From assembly GCA_048939015.1 (NCBI GenBank), contig JBHLPW010000054.1, positions 1-32,239 of the forward strand: a stretch of 32,239 bases of DNA, in the 5' to 3' direction. Below, in pieces: positions 1 through 10,159 of the stretch. Both the position numbers and the translations under genes were made by a program. Positions within the stretch are counted from its first letter, which is position 1; the number at the start of each line of letters is the position of its first letter. The notes under the pieces were generated by a model. That model searched no databases and was not told the origin of the DNA. It saw only the letters and a list, made by a program, of their open reading frames with translations. Origin of the DNA: Promethearchaeota archaeon (GTDB taxonomy: Archaea; Asgardarchaeota; Lokiarchaeia; Sigyniarchaeales; SOKP01).

Positions 1-1248
1 CTCTTGTTTCTGTTTATCAAGCTTACATTCTGTTATTTTCCAAAATCTATACTCATGGTTTAGATAAGCAGAACAACTTTCTTTTATATCATCGGGGCAA
101 TTTGTTATTTGCCAGCATTGAAATTGAACCTTTTCATAGAATTTATGAAATTTTTTGGGCAACTTTTTGTATTGAAAATTAGTTTCTTTAAGATATTTAT
201 CCAAATCGTTAGAATTATAAGTATTCCAGAATAGAACTGTGTTGTTTTTATTCTCTTCTTGATTTAAGTAATCTAACATTGCAGCCATAGTCTTTCCTGT
301 ATAAGTAGTTTCAAGTTTAAAATCTTTTTTATGTCCTTCTAATTCAATAACTTTATCAACCGCATTTTGTCCTCTTTTAGTTTTTATACCATAACCAGAT
401 CCTAAATAGTCTTTAATAAAAACAAAATCATCTTCACAAATTTTTACATTTGAAATTGTTTTATCATTTTTCCTCAAGTATTTGATTGCTTTATTAGCAG
501 TCCTTTTAACTGCTGATGGATTAGCGGTTAAACTTGTACTAACCGCAACAACATGAACTTTTGATTTTAATCCTAAAAGTTTACTTCCTGCTACTAGTCC
601 TGCTGATGTCCCTACTGTTCCTCCCGCTACAAAAATTGTATCCGGTTCACCAATTATATTTTTATCAATTTGATCTTTTAATTCAAATGCAGCATTTATG
701 AATCCAATTGTCCCTAGAGACGTTCCTATTCCAAACAACGGAGAACCTCCCGGAAGCATCAAGTAATATTTAGGATGTAACAGTTTGAAAAATAAGAATT
801 TAACAAAAGTACCTATCATTCCCTTCCCTAAATGAAGTTTAGCATTAAAATAGTTAAATAATAATAACACACGTTGTACATGCCAAGTTAACGGCTGATG
901 ATAAAGATGAAGATGGCATTTTAAAGGCGGATTTAATTCATGACAAGCAATAGCACACGCTAAACCATGATTTGTTCCGTTTCCACCATTTGTAACAACT
1001 CCTTTTTTTTTCTTTTTCAATACTTTTCCAAATATAAACTCAAATTTTCTGAATTTATTCCCTCCATAAATAGGATGGTTTTTATCATCTCTTTTAATAT
1101 ATATTTTTCCAGTATCTAATCTACACTCTTTTTCCAATTCTGTTAATCTTTCGATAGGAGTTGGCAGATCTGTAAGAAATGGTATCCAAGGAACTTTCTC
1201 CTTTAAGTTGGGATACTTTCGAAAGAGGATAGGCTCTTTTTGTTCCAT
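1..1248 (-). CDS. PLP-dependent D-cysteine desulfhydrase / ACC deaminase family protein with a Cys/Trp-rich C-terminal extension (3' end runs off the window)
   Basis: Not in the ORF track. Manual translation from ATG at 1248 gives MEQKEPILFRKYPNL...LPTPIERL...IYIKRDD...YGGNKFRKFEF...GTNHGLA...PGGS...GTIGFINAAFEL...PDTIFVAGGTVGTSAGL...LETTYTGKTMAAM. KRDD, GGNKxRK (PLP lysine) and YTGK are family hallmarks. I found no stop down to position 1. Confidence 0.9.
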   Translation of the reverse strand, partial: MEQKEPILFRKYPNLKEKVPWIPFLTDLPTPIERLTELEKECRLDTGKIYIKRDDKNHPIYGGNKFRKFEFIFGKVLKKKKKGVVTNGGNGTNHGLACAIACHELNPPLKCHLHLYHQPLTWHVQRVLLLFNYFNAKLHLGKGMIGTFVKFLFFKLLHPKYYLMLPGGSPLFGIGTSLGTIGFINAAFELKDQIDKNIIGEPDTIFVAGGTVGTSAGLVAGSKLLGLKSKVHVVAVSTSLTANPSAVKRTANKAIKYLRKNDKTISNVKICEDDFVFIKDYLGSGYGIKTKRGQNAVDKVIELEGHKKDFKLETTYTGKTMAAMLDYLNQEENKNNTVLFWNTYNSNDLDKYLKETNFQYKKLPKKFHKFYEKVQFQCWQITNCPDDIKESCSAYLNHEYRFWKITECKLDKQKQE

Positions 1249-1363
1249 GAATATTAAAATATAGAATTTCTAAAAAGATTTTATAAAAGCTTATTCTTGA
1301 TTATTATGATGAATTTTGAAAATTATTGAAGAGATCTATAATTTTCAGTATAGTTTGATATTA

Positions 1364-2266
1364 TTATTTCAAGACATATCCATTATTTTTAGATCCAATA
1401 ATTCCTTTCTCAAGGAATTTATCGAAATGCTTTTGGATCATTATCATCTCTGCGATGATTTCGTATTCCTTGAATTGGCTATAATATTTATATATTAAAT
1501 TTTGATTTTTTAAATCTAATACTGTTTTCGGATTAGTCTCAGACAAATAGGACAAAATCCGATCGTCTCGCTTAGAGATTATTGATTTGTAATTCTCAAT
1601 TTCTTTTTTTATCTTTTTTTCACCTTCAACGATCCCTCTATGACCAGTAACAGCCGTTTTAATATCAAACAAACCTAGCCGGTCTAACGAATTTTCAAAA
1701 TCCATTAAATTTGAATCAATACCAGCATAGAAAACAAAATTAGTTAGATCAATATCAGCAAGAAATGCTATTTTTGAATTCAATTCTAAAAATGCACAAT
1801 GACCCGCAGTATGCCCAGGAGTATGAATTATCTTAATATCATAGCCATTTCCTAATTTAATAATTTGATTATCCTCTAACACTTCATCAATCTTCGTGTT
1901 TTTTAGCCTGAAACCCTCCATAAGCCAATCAAATTCCTCTTCCCCAGCAGTGTTTGATATCCCATAGAATTCATTAAATTTATTAACATTTTGTATAATA
2001 TATTGATCTTTTGAATGAATATGGAATTTAGCATTAGGCAATAGTCTATTTCCTGAAGTATGGTCTTCATGCCAATGAGATAATAACACAGTATTTATTG
2101 GACAGAGTCTTTTGAGTTTTCTTAAAAGTCTACTTGATATCCCGGTGTCAATTAATAAGTCTTTTATAAGTAAAGAATGTGAATAAGGATATTTACCATC
2201 CCTCGCTCCTTCTATAAAATAAATATCTTCAAAATCAGAAGAAATAGGGTGAATAAAACCATTCAT
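1364..2266 (-). CDS. Metallo-beta-lactamase fold hydrolase (glyoxalase II-like)
   Basis: LIDTG, SHWHEDH (HxHxDH), HTPGHTAGH, ADID and GHRG motifs. ATG at 2266 is preferred over TTG at 2275. Confidence 0.9.
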   Translation of the reverse strand: MNGFIHPISSDFEDIYFIEGARDGKYPYSHSLLIKDLLIDTGISSRLLRKLKRLCPINTVLLSHWHEDHTSGNRLLPNAKFHIHSKDQYIIQNVNKFNEFYGISNTAGEEEFDWLMEGFRLKNTKIDEVLEDNQIIKLGNGYDIKIIHTPGHTAGHCAFLELNSKIAFLADIDLTNFVFYAGIDSNLMDFENSLDRLGLFDIKTAVTGHRGIVEGEKKIKKEIENYKSIISKRDDRILSYLSETNPKTVLDLKNQNLIYKYYSQFKEYEIIAEMIMIQKHFDKFLEKGIIGSKNNGYVLK

Positions 2267-2355
2267 TGCTATCAAAACTAAATTATTGTACTTTTTATTG
2301 ATTTTTAAAAATTAAAAATTAAGATAATAATAAACCTTTGCGAAGTGGTAAAAAA

Positions 2356-2520
2356 ATGTATTATTATTGTCCTAATTGTACTTCAATGAAAATACCTAAA
2401 GTTATGAGTTATTTTCCACCAAAAACTGTAAAATGCTTAAAATGTGGATATACAAATTTGGAATCTAAATTTATAAAAGAAATTCAAGAAAAAGCGGAAG
2501 TTCTTCAACCTTCTCATTGA
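2356..2520 (+). CDS. Small zinc-ribbon protein (54 aa)
   Basis: MYYYCPNC...VKCLKCGY. GTGGT SD-like motif shortly upstream of ATG 2356 and a T-rich tract after the stop. Confidence 0.7.
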   Translation: MYYYCPNCTSMKIPKVMSYFPPKTVKCLKCGYTNLESKFIKEIQEKAEVLQPSH

Positions 2521-2721
2521 GGTTATATTTATTTTTTTATTTTTTATATAATATTCTCTATCCGTTCGATTTGAACATAACCCATCGATTATTTAGAGCT
2601 TCTTCTTGAAAAAAATTATTATCTAATATCACACCATTTTCCCTAATTAGTAATAATAATTAAATATTTGCGTATGTACTGTTCTAATATATTTATAATC
2701 TTCCAAGGCGAACTTGTTTAA

Positions 2722-4083
2722 TTGAGAAAAATTAGGATTAAATTAATTATAACTTATTTTACTATAAATATCGCATTTTTATCTAATGGTTTTCTTTACG
2801 TACATGATTTCCAATTTTATGAAAAAAGTAATTCTGAATATTCTAATTCATTTAATATCTCATCTAACTCTTCTTCTTGGAGTCAGATTTTGGGAATAGA
2901 TACATTTGCAGAAAAAATAGTCACAGATTCATCAAATAATGTATATATTGCAGGTGGCTTTTGTACTAATCGTGAGGGACCTATTTTTAATGTAAAATTT
3001 GACGAATATGGTCAAAAACTATGGAATAGCACATGGAAGTTAAATAATGATACTAAATTTATTGCAGATCTAGCAGTAGATTCCAAACAAAAAATCTATA
3101 ATCTTATTAATTTCTATTTTCTAGAAGACACAAGTATTTTAATGAAGATTAACAACTCAGGAAATTCAATTTGGAATCAAACGTTAGAGGGTACTGCTAG
3201 AAGTATTTATCTAGATGATTATGATAATATATACATTTTAGGTAATGTTTGGGATTCTAGGAGAGATGGGCAGCATATTTATCTTAAAAAATTTAATACA
3301 GATGGAATATCTCAATGGAATCATTCTTTTCTTCTGGATGATTACTATTTATTATATGGTTTTCCTTGCACAATTATGGTAGATCATTTGAATCAAACCT
3401 ATATAGCGGGAATAATAAGTACAGGAAGTTGGTCTTTTTCGTTTGACAATTATTGGGGCGCTCCCATAATTTTCACCTGTGTTTATAGTTCTTCAGGATC
3501 TTTGGTATCATTTAACAGTTGGCATAGGGAAGATTATTATATATCAAGTACTATGATTTTTGATATATTAGGTAATCTCTATCTAATGGGAACAGATAAA
3601 GAGATTACTCAAAATATAATCTTAAAATATGATTCCTCTTGGCATTTAAATAAAACGATAGATGTTTGGCAAAATGATGCAATAAGAGGAACATCTGATG
3701 TTTGGGCGTCTATCTCAATAGATAATTCTAAAAACATTTATTGTGCTGGTATAAATTCTTTTTTTTCAGGAAATGAACTATATCTTGTCAAGTTTAATTC
3801 TTCGGGACATTTAGAATTCGATGGTGCTTGGAATAATTTAAGTAGTACTTGGTGTTTTGATATCCATGTAGATTCAGATTTGAATATTTATGTCACTGGT
3901 CTTACAGGTATCGGACTTTATAATAAAAGGGCTTTGATAATTAAGAATCCCGTATTAGGTGAATTTTCAGATCCTCCAACACCTATTGATATTCCTTATA
4001 TTATCTCAATATCCTCTATTGTTTTTGTTTGTGGTGTGGCAGGGATTTATTTTATTATTCAGTTTAGAAGAAGATTTCTTTGA
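2722..4083 (+). CDS. Membrane-anchored beta-propeller (SBBP-repeat-like) surface protein
   Basis: Hydrophobic N-terminus. Repeats VTDSSNNVYIAG, AVDSKQKIY, LDDYDNIYILG, SIDNSKNIYCAG and VDSDLNIYVTG alternate with KFNxxG..W motifs. Pro-rich linker, C-terminal TM helix and RRR tail. Confidence 0.8.
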   Translation: MRKIRIKLIITYFTINIAFLSNGFLYVHDFQFYEKSNSEYSNSFNISSNSSSWSQILGIDTFAEKIVTDSSNNVYIAGGFCTNREGPIFNVKFDEYGQKLWNSTWKLNNDTKFIADLAVDSKQKIYNLINFYFLEDTSILMKINNSGNSIWNQTLEGTARSIYLDDYDNIYILGNVWDSRRDGQHIYLKKFNTDGISQWNHSFLLDDYYLLYGFPCTIMVDHLNQTYIAGIISTGSWSFSFDNYWGAPIIFTCVYSSSGSLVSFNSWHREDYYISSTMIFDILGNLYLMGTDKEITQNIILKYDSSWHLNKTIDVWQNDAIRGTSDVWASISIDNSKNIYCAGINSFFSGNELYLVKFNSSGHLEFDGAWNNLSSTWCFDIHVDSDLNIYVTGLTGIGLYNKRALIIKNPVLGEFSDPPTPIDIPYIISISSIVFVCGVAGIYFIIQFRRRFL

Positions 4084-4131
4084 TAAAACAATAATTTAAA
4101 AGCGATATATAAAAAATTTAGTTATTTATGA

Positions 4132-4308
4132 TTATTTCAGCGCATAATAGCATCGCTTAGGTGAGTAAACCTTTCCTTCTTCCCGTAGTTCTTTTATAAC
4201 TTTAGATACTTCCTTAGATTCAATCCCTATTTGGTCAGCAATCTCACCAGGTCGCAAAGGTTTAGCGCTACTTTTAAAAACATTTAAAACTTTTTCTTTA
4301 GTTGCCAT
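4132..4308 (-). CDS. Small winged helix-turn-helix protein (58 aa)
   Basis: Not in the ORF track. Translation: MATKEKVLNVFKSSAKPLRPGEIADQIGIESKEVSKVIKELREEGKVYSPKRCLYALK*, with the HTH pattern LRPGEIA..G....EVSK.IK.L..EGKV. Confidence 0.8.
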   Translation of the reverse strand: MATKEKVLNVFKSSAKPLRPGEIADQIGIESKEVSKVIKELREEGKVYSPKRCYYALK

Positions 4309-4484
4309 AATAATACATAATATTCGATTAAATATAATATTAGTTCTAATGATGTAAAACTCTGAAATTAAATTGAATTAAAGATCAAAAAATCCATTTT
4401 CCCAAATATTTTAATTTATTCTAAAATTTCACCTTAAAATATAGATAGCCAAAATAAATTAAATTATCCTTATTTGATAATATT

Positions 4485-5912
4485 ATGAGTTCTATAGAAG
4501 ACAAGTTTAAAATCAATCGTTCCACTAAAATTAATTTTGCAATTGGCGGTATTGGTTTCAATTTAAGTGCAGGTATGTTTGCTGCCTGGTTAATGAATTT
4601 TTATATCAAAGTCATAGAAATAGATTTATTCTTTTGGGGTCTTGCATGGATCTTATATATCGTTTGGAATGCTATAAATGATCCATTAATTGGATATTTT
4701 GGAGATCGTACAAGAACGAAATTAGGCAGGAGGAAGCCTTGGTTGATTATCGCTACTCCCGCTATTTCCATATCGTTTTTTCTTTTATTTTTTCCACCAA
4801 TTCTGGATCCATCATTAATGAGTTCTCAATGGATATACTTCTTTTGGTTACTACTTACTCTACTATTATATGACACCTTTTATACTACCATTGGAATTAT
4901 GCAAATGGCTTTAGTGACAGAATTATCTATTTTACCAGAAGAAAGAGCAAGTACAGGATTATATTGGGCAATTGGTACTCTTTTTGGACAAGTTATCACA
5001 TTTATCCTTCCCTTTCTTCTAATCGTGAATGAAGATCCATATTCTCAAAATCTTCCAGTATTCCAATCATTAACAATAGCATTTACAATTATAGGTTTAG
5101 TCAGTTTAGCAATAATGACTTTTTACATCAAGGAAAGGAAAGAATTTATGCATGCTGAAACAGAAAGAATGAAATTTTTTGAATCAATTAAATATACTCT
5201 CAAAAATAAAGGTTTTATTATTTATACAATCTTTGGTTTTATGCTCGGTTATATTGGTTCTGCTATATATTCTCAAGTAAGTTTTTATGTACAGGATGTT
5301 TTACAGGTCACAGATAATATTCTCTCACAACTCCCTATTTTTGTATTTATTATCGCAAATTTAATTGGATATCCAATAAGTCTCTTTTTTAATAAAAAAT
5401 ATGGGGGTAAAAAGGCAATAATCTATCTTTCATTTATTGCAATTGGGGGATTGATTATATTGACATTCATCTCAGATTTTACTGGTTCAAATGTACTTTT
5501 GTTTATAATCGGTATTGGATATTCCGGTGTTTTTCTCCTTGCCCCGATCCTAATGGCAGATGTTATAGATGAGGATGAGCTTAAGACAGGGCTCAGGAGA
5601 GAAGGAGCATATTTTGGATCTACAGCCCTATTCACTAAACCCGCCCAGTCATTAGCTGCTGCTTTTACTGGATATGTATTATTTTTAACTGGATATAATC
5701 AAAGTGGGGGAGTTCAAACAGCCCTAGCTCAATTTGGCATTAAATTGAATATAGGGTTAATTCCTGCTCTTTTTCTAATCGTTGGTATGTTAATATTACT
5801 AAAATTTCCTATTGATGGCTCCACAGGAGAATATAAAGAAATGAAAAAAAGACTTGAAAAACTTCATGATGAAAAACTTGAATCATTCTTAAGTTTGAAT
5901 AGAGAAGAATGA
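4485..5912 (+). CDS. MFS transporter, GPH (Na+/melibiose symporter-like) family
   Basis: About 12 TM segments. WNAINDPLIGYFGDRTRTKLGRRKPW and ADVIDEDELKTGLRREGAYFG signatures. Confidence 0.9.
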   Translation: MSSIEDKFKINRSTKINFAIGGIGFNLSAGMFAAWLMNFYIKVIEIDLFFWGLAWILYIVWNAINDPLIGYFGDRTRTKLGRRKPWLIIATPAISISFFLLFFPPILDPSLMSSQWIYFFWLLLTLLLYDTFYTTIGIMQMALVTELSILPEERASTGLYWAIGTLFGQVITFILPFLLIVNEDPYSQNLPVFQSLTIAFTIIGLVSLAIMTFYIKERKEFMHAETERMKFFESIKYTLKNKGFIIYTIFGFMLGYIGSAIYSQVSFYVQDVLQVTDNILSQLPIFVFIIANLIGYPISLFFNKKYGGKKAIIYLSFIAIGGLIILTFISDFTGSNVLLFIIGIGYSGVFLLAPILMADVIDEDELKTGLRREGAYFGSTALFTKPAQSLAAAFTGYVLFLTGYNQSGGVQTALAQFGIKLNIGLIPALFLIVGMLILLKFPIDGSTGEYKEMKKRLEKLHDEKLESFLSLNREE

Positions 5913-6060
5913 CTTTATTTCAAGATAATTTTATTATTTCTATTTATAGTTTATAAGTATATAAAAAGTGCAACTAACTGGTTTTTCCATGAATTATAGT
6001 TTGAATACTACTTTTACATAAAAGTAGAAATTTATAAATGATAAAACAAAACAACTATAC

Positions 6061-7323
6061 ATGATATCAATCCCTAATGATGAAATTATTAGCCCACGCT
6101 TATTAGAGTTAAAAGAAAATTTAGAAAAAACAACAAATAAAAAAAAAATTATTGATGAATTTTGGAACGAAATTGAAGAACAAGGTACTCCAATATTTGA
6201 AAATATCGAAAAAGAACCTAAATATAAACTTGTTACTTTTTTATATAAAGAAGATGCCGAAACAGATGAAATTCTTTTGATAAGCGGAAGTTTAGGTGTC
6301 ATACCACATAGAGGAATATTCAAACGTATTCAAGGAACAAATATCTACTATAAATCGATTTTCTTTCTAAATGAGACCAGAACTACCTATGCAATTTCAA
6401 GACAGAAAGCAAATATTCCTCTTTATCCCCAAAATGATATCATAACACCAGTTCTTAAGGGTGACCCACTTAATAAAAAGAATGTTACTGCATTTAAACA
6501 AACCCTAGCTGTACTGGAACTCCCAGATGCCCCTTCACAACCATGGATAGAGGAAAAAGATAATGTCCCAAAAGGAAAATTAGAACAATTTCAACTCAAA
6601 AGTACTAAATTTGAGAGAGAATTTAGTATAACAATATATCTCCCACCAAATTACAAACCTTCAGCTAATCCATACGATAGTTTATTTTTAACTGATGGAG
6701 TTATTTATAATGATCCAAACGTAATCCCTACACATGTTATCCTTAACAATTTGATTTTTTCCAAGAAGATACCACCCATTATCGCTGTTTTCATTTATCC
6801 ACATGTTGAATCTCATCATTTTGAATTAAATACTAATCCTGATTTTGCTTTCTTTGTAGGAGAGGAATTATATCCTTATCTTCAAACGAAATACAACATA
6901 TCTAATAAACCAGAAAAAACAATTGTTGGAGGTGCCAGTATAGGTGCTTTAGCAGCTTCTTATATGGGGTTAACGTATTCTGATAAATTTGGTAAGATTC
7001 TCTCTCAATCTGGTTCATATTGGTACCCTGAAAAAATGGATCCAAAATTAAATCCTTATTTTTGGAACTGGCATTATCTTATTGGGGAATATGTGAAAAA
7101 TGAGAAACTTCCTTTAGATTTTTATTTAGAGGTCGGTATTTATGAAAGTAGAGAAAAATTGCATGGACAACCCACTCATTTTTACTCAAATCGTTACTTT
7201 CGAGATGTTTTACTGAGTAAAGACTACTCGGTAAAATATGTAGAATATGCTGGTGGTCATGATTTCATTTGTTTGCGAGGATCATTAGCAGAGGCCTTGA
7301 TCTATCTTATTGGTAAACCATAA
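6061..7323 (+). CDS. Enterochelin esterase (Fes)-like alpha/beta hydrolase
   Basis: N-terminal FW....GTP.FE....VTFLY and DPLN pattern as in Fes, IYLPPNY, nucleophile elbow GASIGA, SQSGSYW, GGHD. Confidence 0.85.
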   Translation: MISIPNDEIISPRLLELKENLEKTTNKKKIIDEFWNEIEEQGTPIFENIEKEPKYKLVTFLYKEDAETDEILLISGSLGVIPHRGIFKRIQGTNIYYKSIFFLNETRTTYAISRQKANIPLYPQNDIITPVLKGDPLNKKNVTAFKQTLAVLELPDAPSQPWIEEKDNVPKGKLEQFQLKSTKFEREFSITIYLPPNYKPSANPYDSLFLTDGVIYNDPNVIPTHVILNNLIFSKKIPPIIAVFIYPHVESHHFELNTNPDFAFFVGEELYPYLQTKYNISNKPEKTIVGGASIGALAASYMGLTYSDKFGKILSQSGSYWYPEKMDPKLNPYFWNWHYLIGEYVKNEKLPLDFYLEVGIYESREKLHGQPTHFYSNRYFRDVLLSKDYSVKYVEYAGGHDFICLRGSLAEALIYLIGKP

Positions 7324-7408
7324 TAACCACTAATAGATTGATATTTAATAAAATAACCAAGAATCATGAAAAAAGTCCAAAAAGAAAACGAAAAATCTTA
7401 AATATTCT

Positions 7409-8884
7409 TTAATAACTTTTAGCGATATACACAGTACATCCTGCAGGTTTTCCACATATTAAGCATGTTGCAAAATCATGTTTCTCCTCATCGAATCTTC
7501 TTCCTCGCACAAAACCCCCAATTTCTTTCTCAACCACTTCCGCACAAGGATACGCATCCATATCTATTGAACAGAAACCACAGCATACTATTTTTCCATT
7601 ATTAATTGCTTCAATTGCCGCATCTTTTTCATAGGTAACCTCAATTTGAGACTCGAAATCTACCATAGATTTCTCTTTGATCTCGTTAGTATAATTTTGA
7701 GTAAGCTCATCTATTTTTGTTTCCATATGCTCTTTTTTTATGGTCAGTTTTGTCCCATCATGTCTTTTTACCACTAAAATCTGCTTCTTTTCGATATCTT
7801 TTGGTCCAATCTCGATTCTTAATGGGACCCCTTTTAATTCCCAATAATAAAATTTACTCCCAACTGAGAGATCGGAATCATCAAGTTTAACTAGATATTT
7901 ATCTTTTAACTTCTCGTATACCTCTTTAGCTTCTTTTAAAATCTCTTCTTCTTTCCCCTTAAATAATATTGGAACAATCACTATTTGAATTGGTGCAAGA
8001 TCAAATGGTAAAACTAATCCTTTATCATCACCGAGAAACGCAATCATAGCACCGTATATTCTACTTATCGCAGGACCATAACATGTTTGATATCCATATT
8101 TTTCCTCCCCATCTGTATCTACAAACTTTATATTGAATGGTTTTGAAAAATTCTGGCCAAGTAGATGGGTTGATGGCTGTTGCATCACTTTTCCTGAACC
8201 CATTAAAACATCTGCTGCAAACGTGGAAACGGCGCCAGGGAATTTATCCCATTGAGGCCTTTCAAAAAAGATAATAGGGATTGCAAATTCTTCTTGAAGC
8301 ATCTCATATGCCATCTCCATATCTTCTTTTACTTGGTTCATAGCATCTTCCATTGTTGCATACACATTATGGGCTTCTATCCAGTGGAATTCTCTTCCTC
8401 TGAAAAAAGGTCTTGTCATCTTTGTCTCATAGCGCCAAACTTGACATGATAAATATCTTTTGAAAGGTAGATCTTTATAGCTATGAATCCATAAAGGATA
8501 CATTTTATATAATGCCGTCTCACTTGTAGGACGTAGCGCGAGTCTCTCAGTTAGTTTACCGGAACTGCCGGCTTCGGTTACCCAAAATACTTCTGGAGTA
8601 AAACCCTCAACATGTTGTGCCTCTAAATGAAAATTTGATTCAGGTATTAGGGAAGGCATTGTCAATGGTAAATGTCCATTCTTTTCTAACAACGTTTCAT
8701 ACTTTGCATACATTTTTTTGATAGTAATTGTAGCCCATTCTCGATAAACTACAAACCCTTTAACATTATATCTAATATCCGCTAATTCTGCTTTATTTAA
8801 TATTTCTGTATACCACTCAGAAAAATCCTCTTCCTTTGAAACTGTCATTCCAGTTATAGGGGCTTCTGTTTTCTTTTTAGCCAT
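7409..8884 (-). CDS. proS: Proline--tRNA ligase, archaeal/eukaryotic type
   Basis: FSEWY, LALRPTSET, RYETKMTRPFFRGREFHWIEAH, HLLGQNFSKPF, YWELKGVPLRIEIGPKD, C-terminal Zn-binding CLIC and a terminal AKSY. Confidence 0.97.
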   Translation of the reverse strand: MAKKKTEAPITGMTVSKEEDFSEWYTEILNKAELADIRYNVKGFVVYREWATITIKKMYAKYETLLEKNGHLPLTMPSLIPESNFHLEAQHVEGFTPEVFWVTEAGSSGKLTERLALRPTSETALYKMYPLWIHSYKDLPFKRYLSCQVWRYETKMTRPFFRGREFHWIEAHNVYATMEDAMNQVKEDMEMAYEMLQEEFAIPIIFFERPQWDKFPGAVSTFAADVLMGSGKVMQQPSTHLLGQNFSKPFNIKFVDTDGEEKYGYQTCYGPAISRIYGAMIAFLGDDKGLVLPFDLAPIQIVIVPILFKGKEEEILKEAKEVYEKLKDKYLVKLDDSDLSVGSKFYYWELKGVPLRIEIGPKDIEKKQILVVKRHDGTKLTIKKEHMETKIDELTQNYTNEIKEKSMVDFESQIEVTYEKDAAIEAINNGKIVCCGFCSIDMDAYPCAEVVEKEIGGFVRGRRFDEEKHDFATCLICGKPAGCTVYIAKSY

Positions 8885-8979
8885 AGAAAATCATCAGATA
8901 TAATATTATAAAAATTATATAGTTTATTATAAAAAGTAATATTATTTTCTACACTATTACAGTTAGTAAGGGAGATATT

Positions 8980-10158
8980 ATGAATTCAAGAGAACGTGTT
9001 CGAGCCGCACTTCATTTTAATAATCCTGATAAAGTACCTGTTTTTAATTTGATAAAAGGAGATATTGGACCTTTGATTATAACTCATTCTAAAAATTGGA
9101 ACCCTGGTTGGAATGAGGGGGAAAAAGGATTATTTCCTCATGTTAGAGGGTCTTACAAATGGAATAGACCTGAATGGGTAAAAAATAAACCAGAATATGA
9201 AGGAAATAAATGGAGAACCATCCCACATGAAGAAATTGATGAGTGGGGTTGTATTTGGAACATGAAAGGGAATGACAAGAATCAAGGACACCCTGGAAGA
9301 CCTTCTTTACTAAATTGGGATGATTTTGATACTTATTTTGAGAGATATGCTCCTGATGCGGATGATAAAACGAGATATGAATTTGCTTTGAATACAAAGC
9401 GGAATTTGAGTAATGATACATATTTTTTATTGATATTTCCTTCTTATGGACCTTCCCAAGTTGTATCTGCAATGAGAGGTTTTAATAATTATTTACTTGA
9501 TCACAAAAAAAATCCTAAAGAATTGCAAAAAGCCCTCGAAGCAGTTGCTGAATTCCAAGTAAAATGCATGAAAAATGCTATTAAATTAGGAATAAATCCT
9601 GATGGAATTTGGATAGTTGATGATTTAGGTGAACAAAAAGGTCCCTTCTTTAGTCCGAAAACATTTAGAAAAATGTATGAATCTTCCTATAAATATGTAA
9701 TCGATGAGGCTCATGCGCTAGGGATAGAGGTTCATCATCACTGTTGTGGAAAAGTAGATCCTCTATTACCTGTTTTGATTGATTGGGGTTTAGACGCAAT
9801 TGAGTTTGATAGTCCTAGAATGAGTGGATATCCTAATTTGAGTCCTTATCGAGGGAAAATTATGTTCTGGGCGTGTGCTAATATTCAATCACTTTACCCT
9901 TTAGGTACGCCTGACCAAATAGAACGAGAAGTGTGGCATATGATGAGGAATCTTGGAACAAAAAATGGAGGATATGGCGTATTTTTTTATGATGATTATA
10001 AAGACATAAATGTACCTAGAAAAAATATTAAAGCTTTAGAACATGGAGTTGAGAAATATGGAGATTATTCCACCATCCCTGCTCATTGGTGGGATTATCC
10101 TACACCAAATGAATGGAACGATTTTGAAGTGCCTCCTCTTCCACCTTTAGACACATAA
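8980..10158 (+). CDS. Uroporphyrinogen decarboxylase / MtaA-CmuA superfamily protein
   Basis: MNSRERV..AL....PDKVP N-terminus, DEWGCIW, DDLGEQ.GPFFSP, HCCG (HxCG), GTPDQIEREV, GGY. Confidence 0.85.
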   Translation: MNSRERVRAALHFNNPDKVPVFNLIKGDIGPLIITHSKNWNPGWNEGEKGLFPHVRGSYKWNRPEWVKNKPEYEGNKWRTIPHEEIDEWGCIWNMKGNDKNQGHPGRPSLLNWDDFDTYFERYAPDADDKTRYEFALNTKRNLSNDTYFLLIFPSYGPSQVVSAMRGFNNYLLDHKKNPKELQKALEAVAEFQVKCMKNAIKLGINPDGIWIVDDLGEQKGPFFSPKTFRKMYESSYKYVIDEAHALGIEVHHHCCGKVDPLLPVLIDWGLDAIEFDSPRMSGYPNLSPYRGKIMFWACANIQSLYPLGTPDQIEREVWHMMRNLGTKNGGYGVFFYDDYKDINVPRKNIKALEHGVEKYGDYSTIPAHWWDYPTPNEWNDFEVPPLPPLDT

Positions 10159-10159
10159 T

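Noticed and set aside
1316-1498. 60-aa + strand ORF
   Set aside because: Antisense overlap with the MBL hydrolase 3' end and no motif.
2558-2660. Short minus-strand open stretch (LLLLIRENGVILDNNFFQEEALNNRW...)
   Set aside because: About 33 codons bounded by stops, with no convincing start or motif.
5423-6323. Minus-strand ORFs 5423..5635 and 5994..6323
   Set aside because: Shadows of the MFS and esterase genes.
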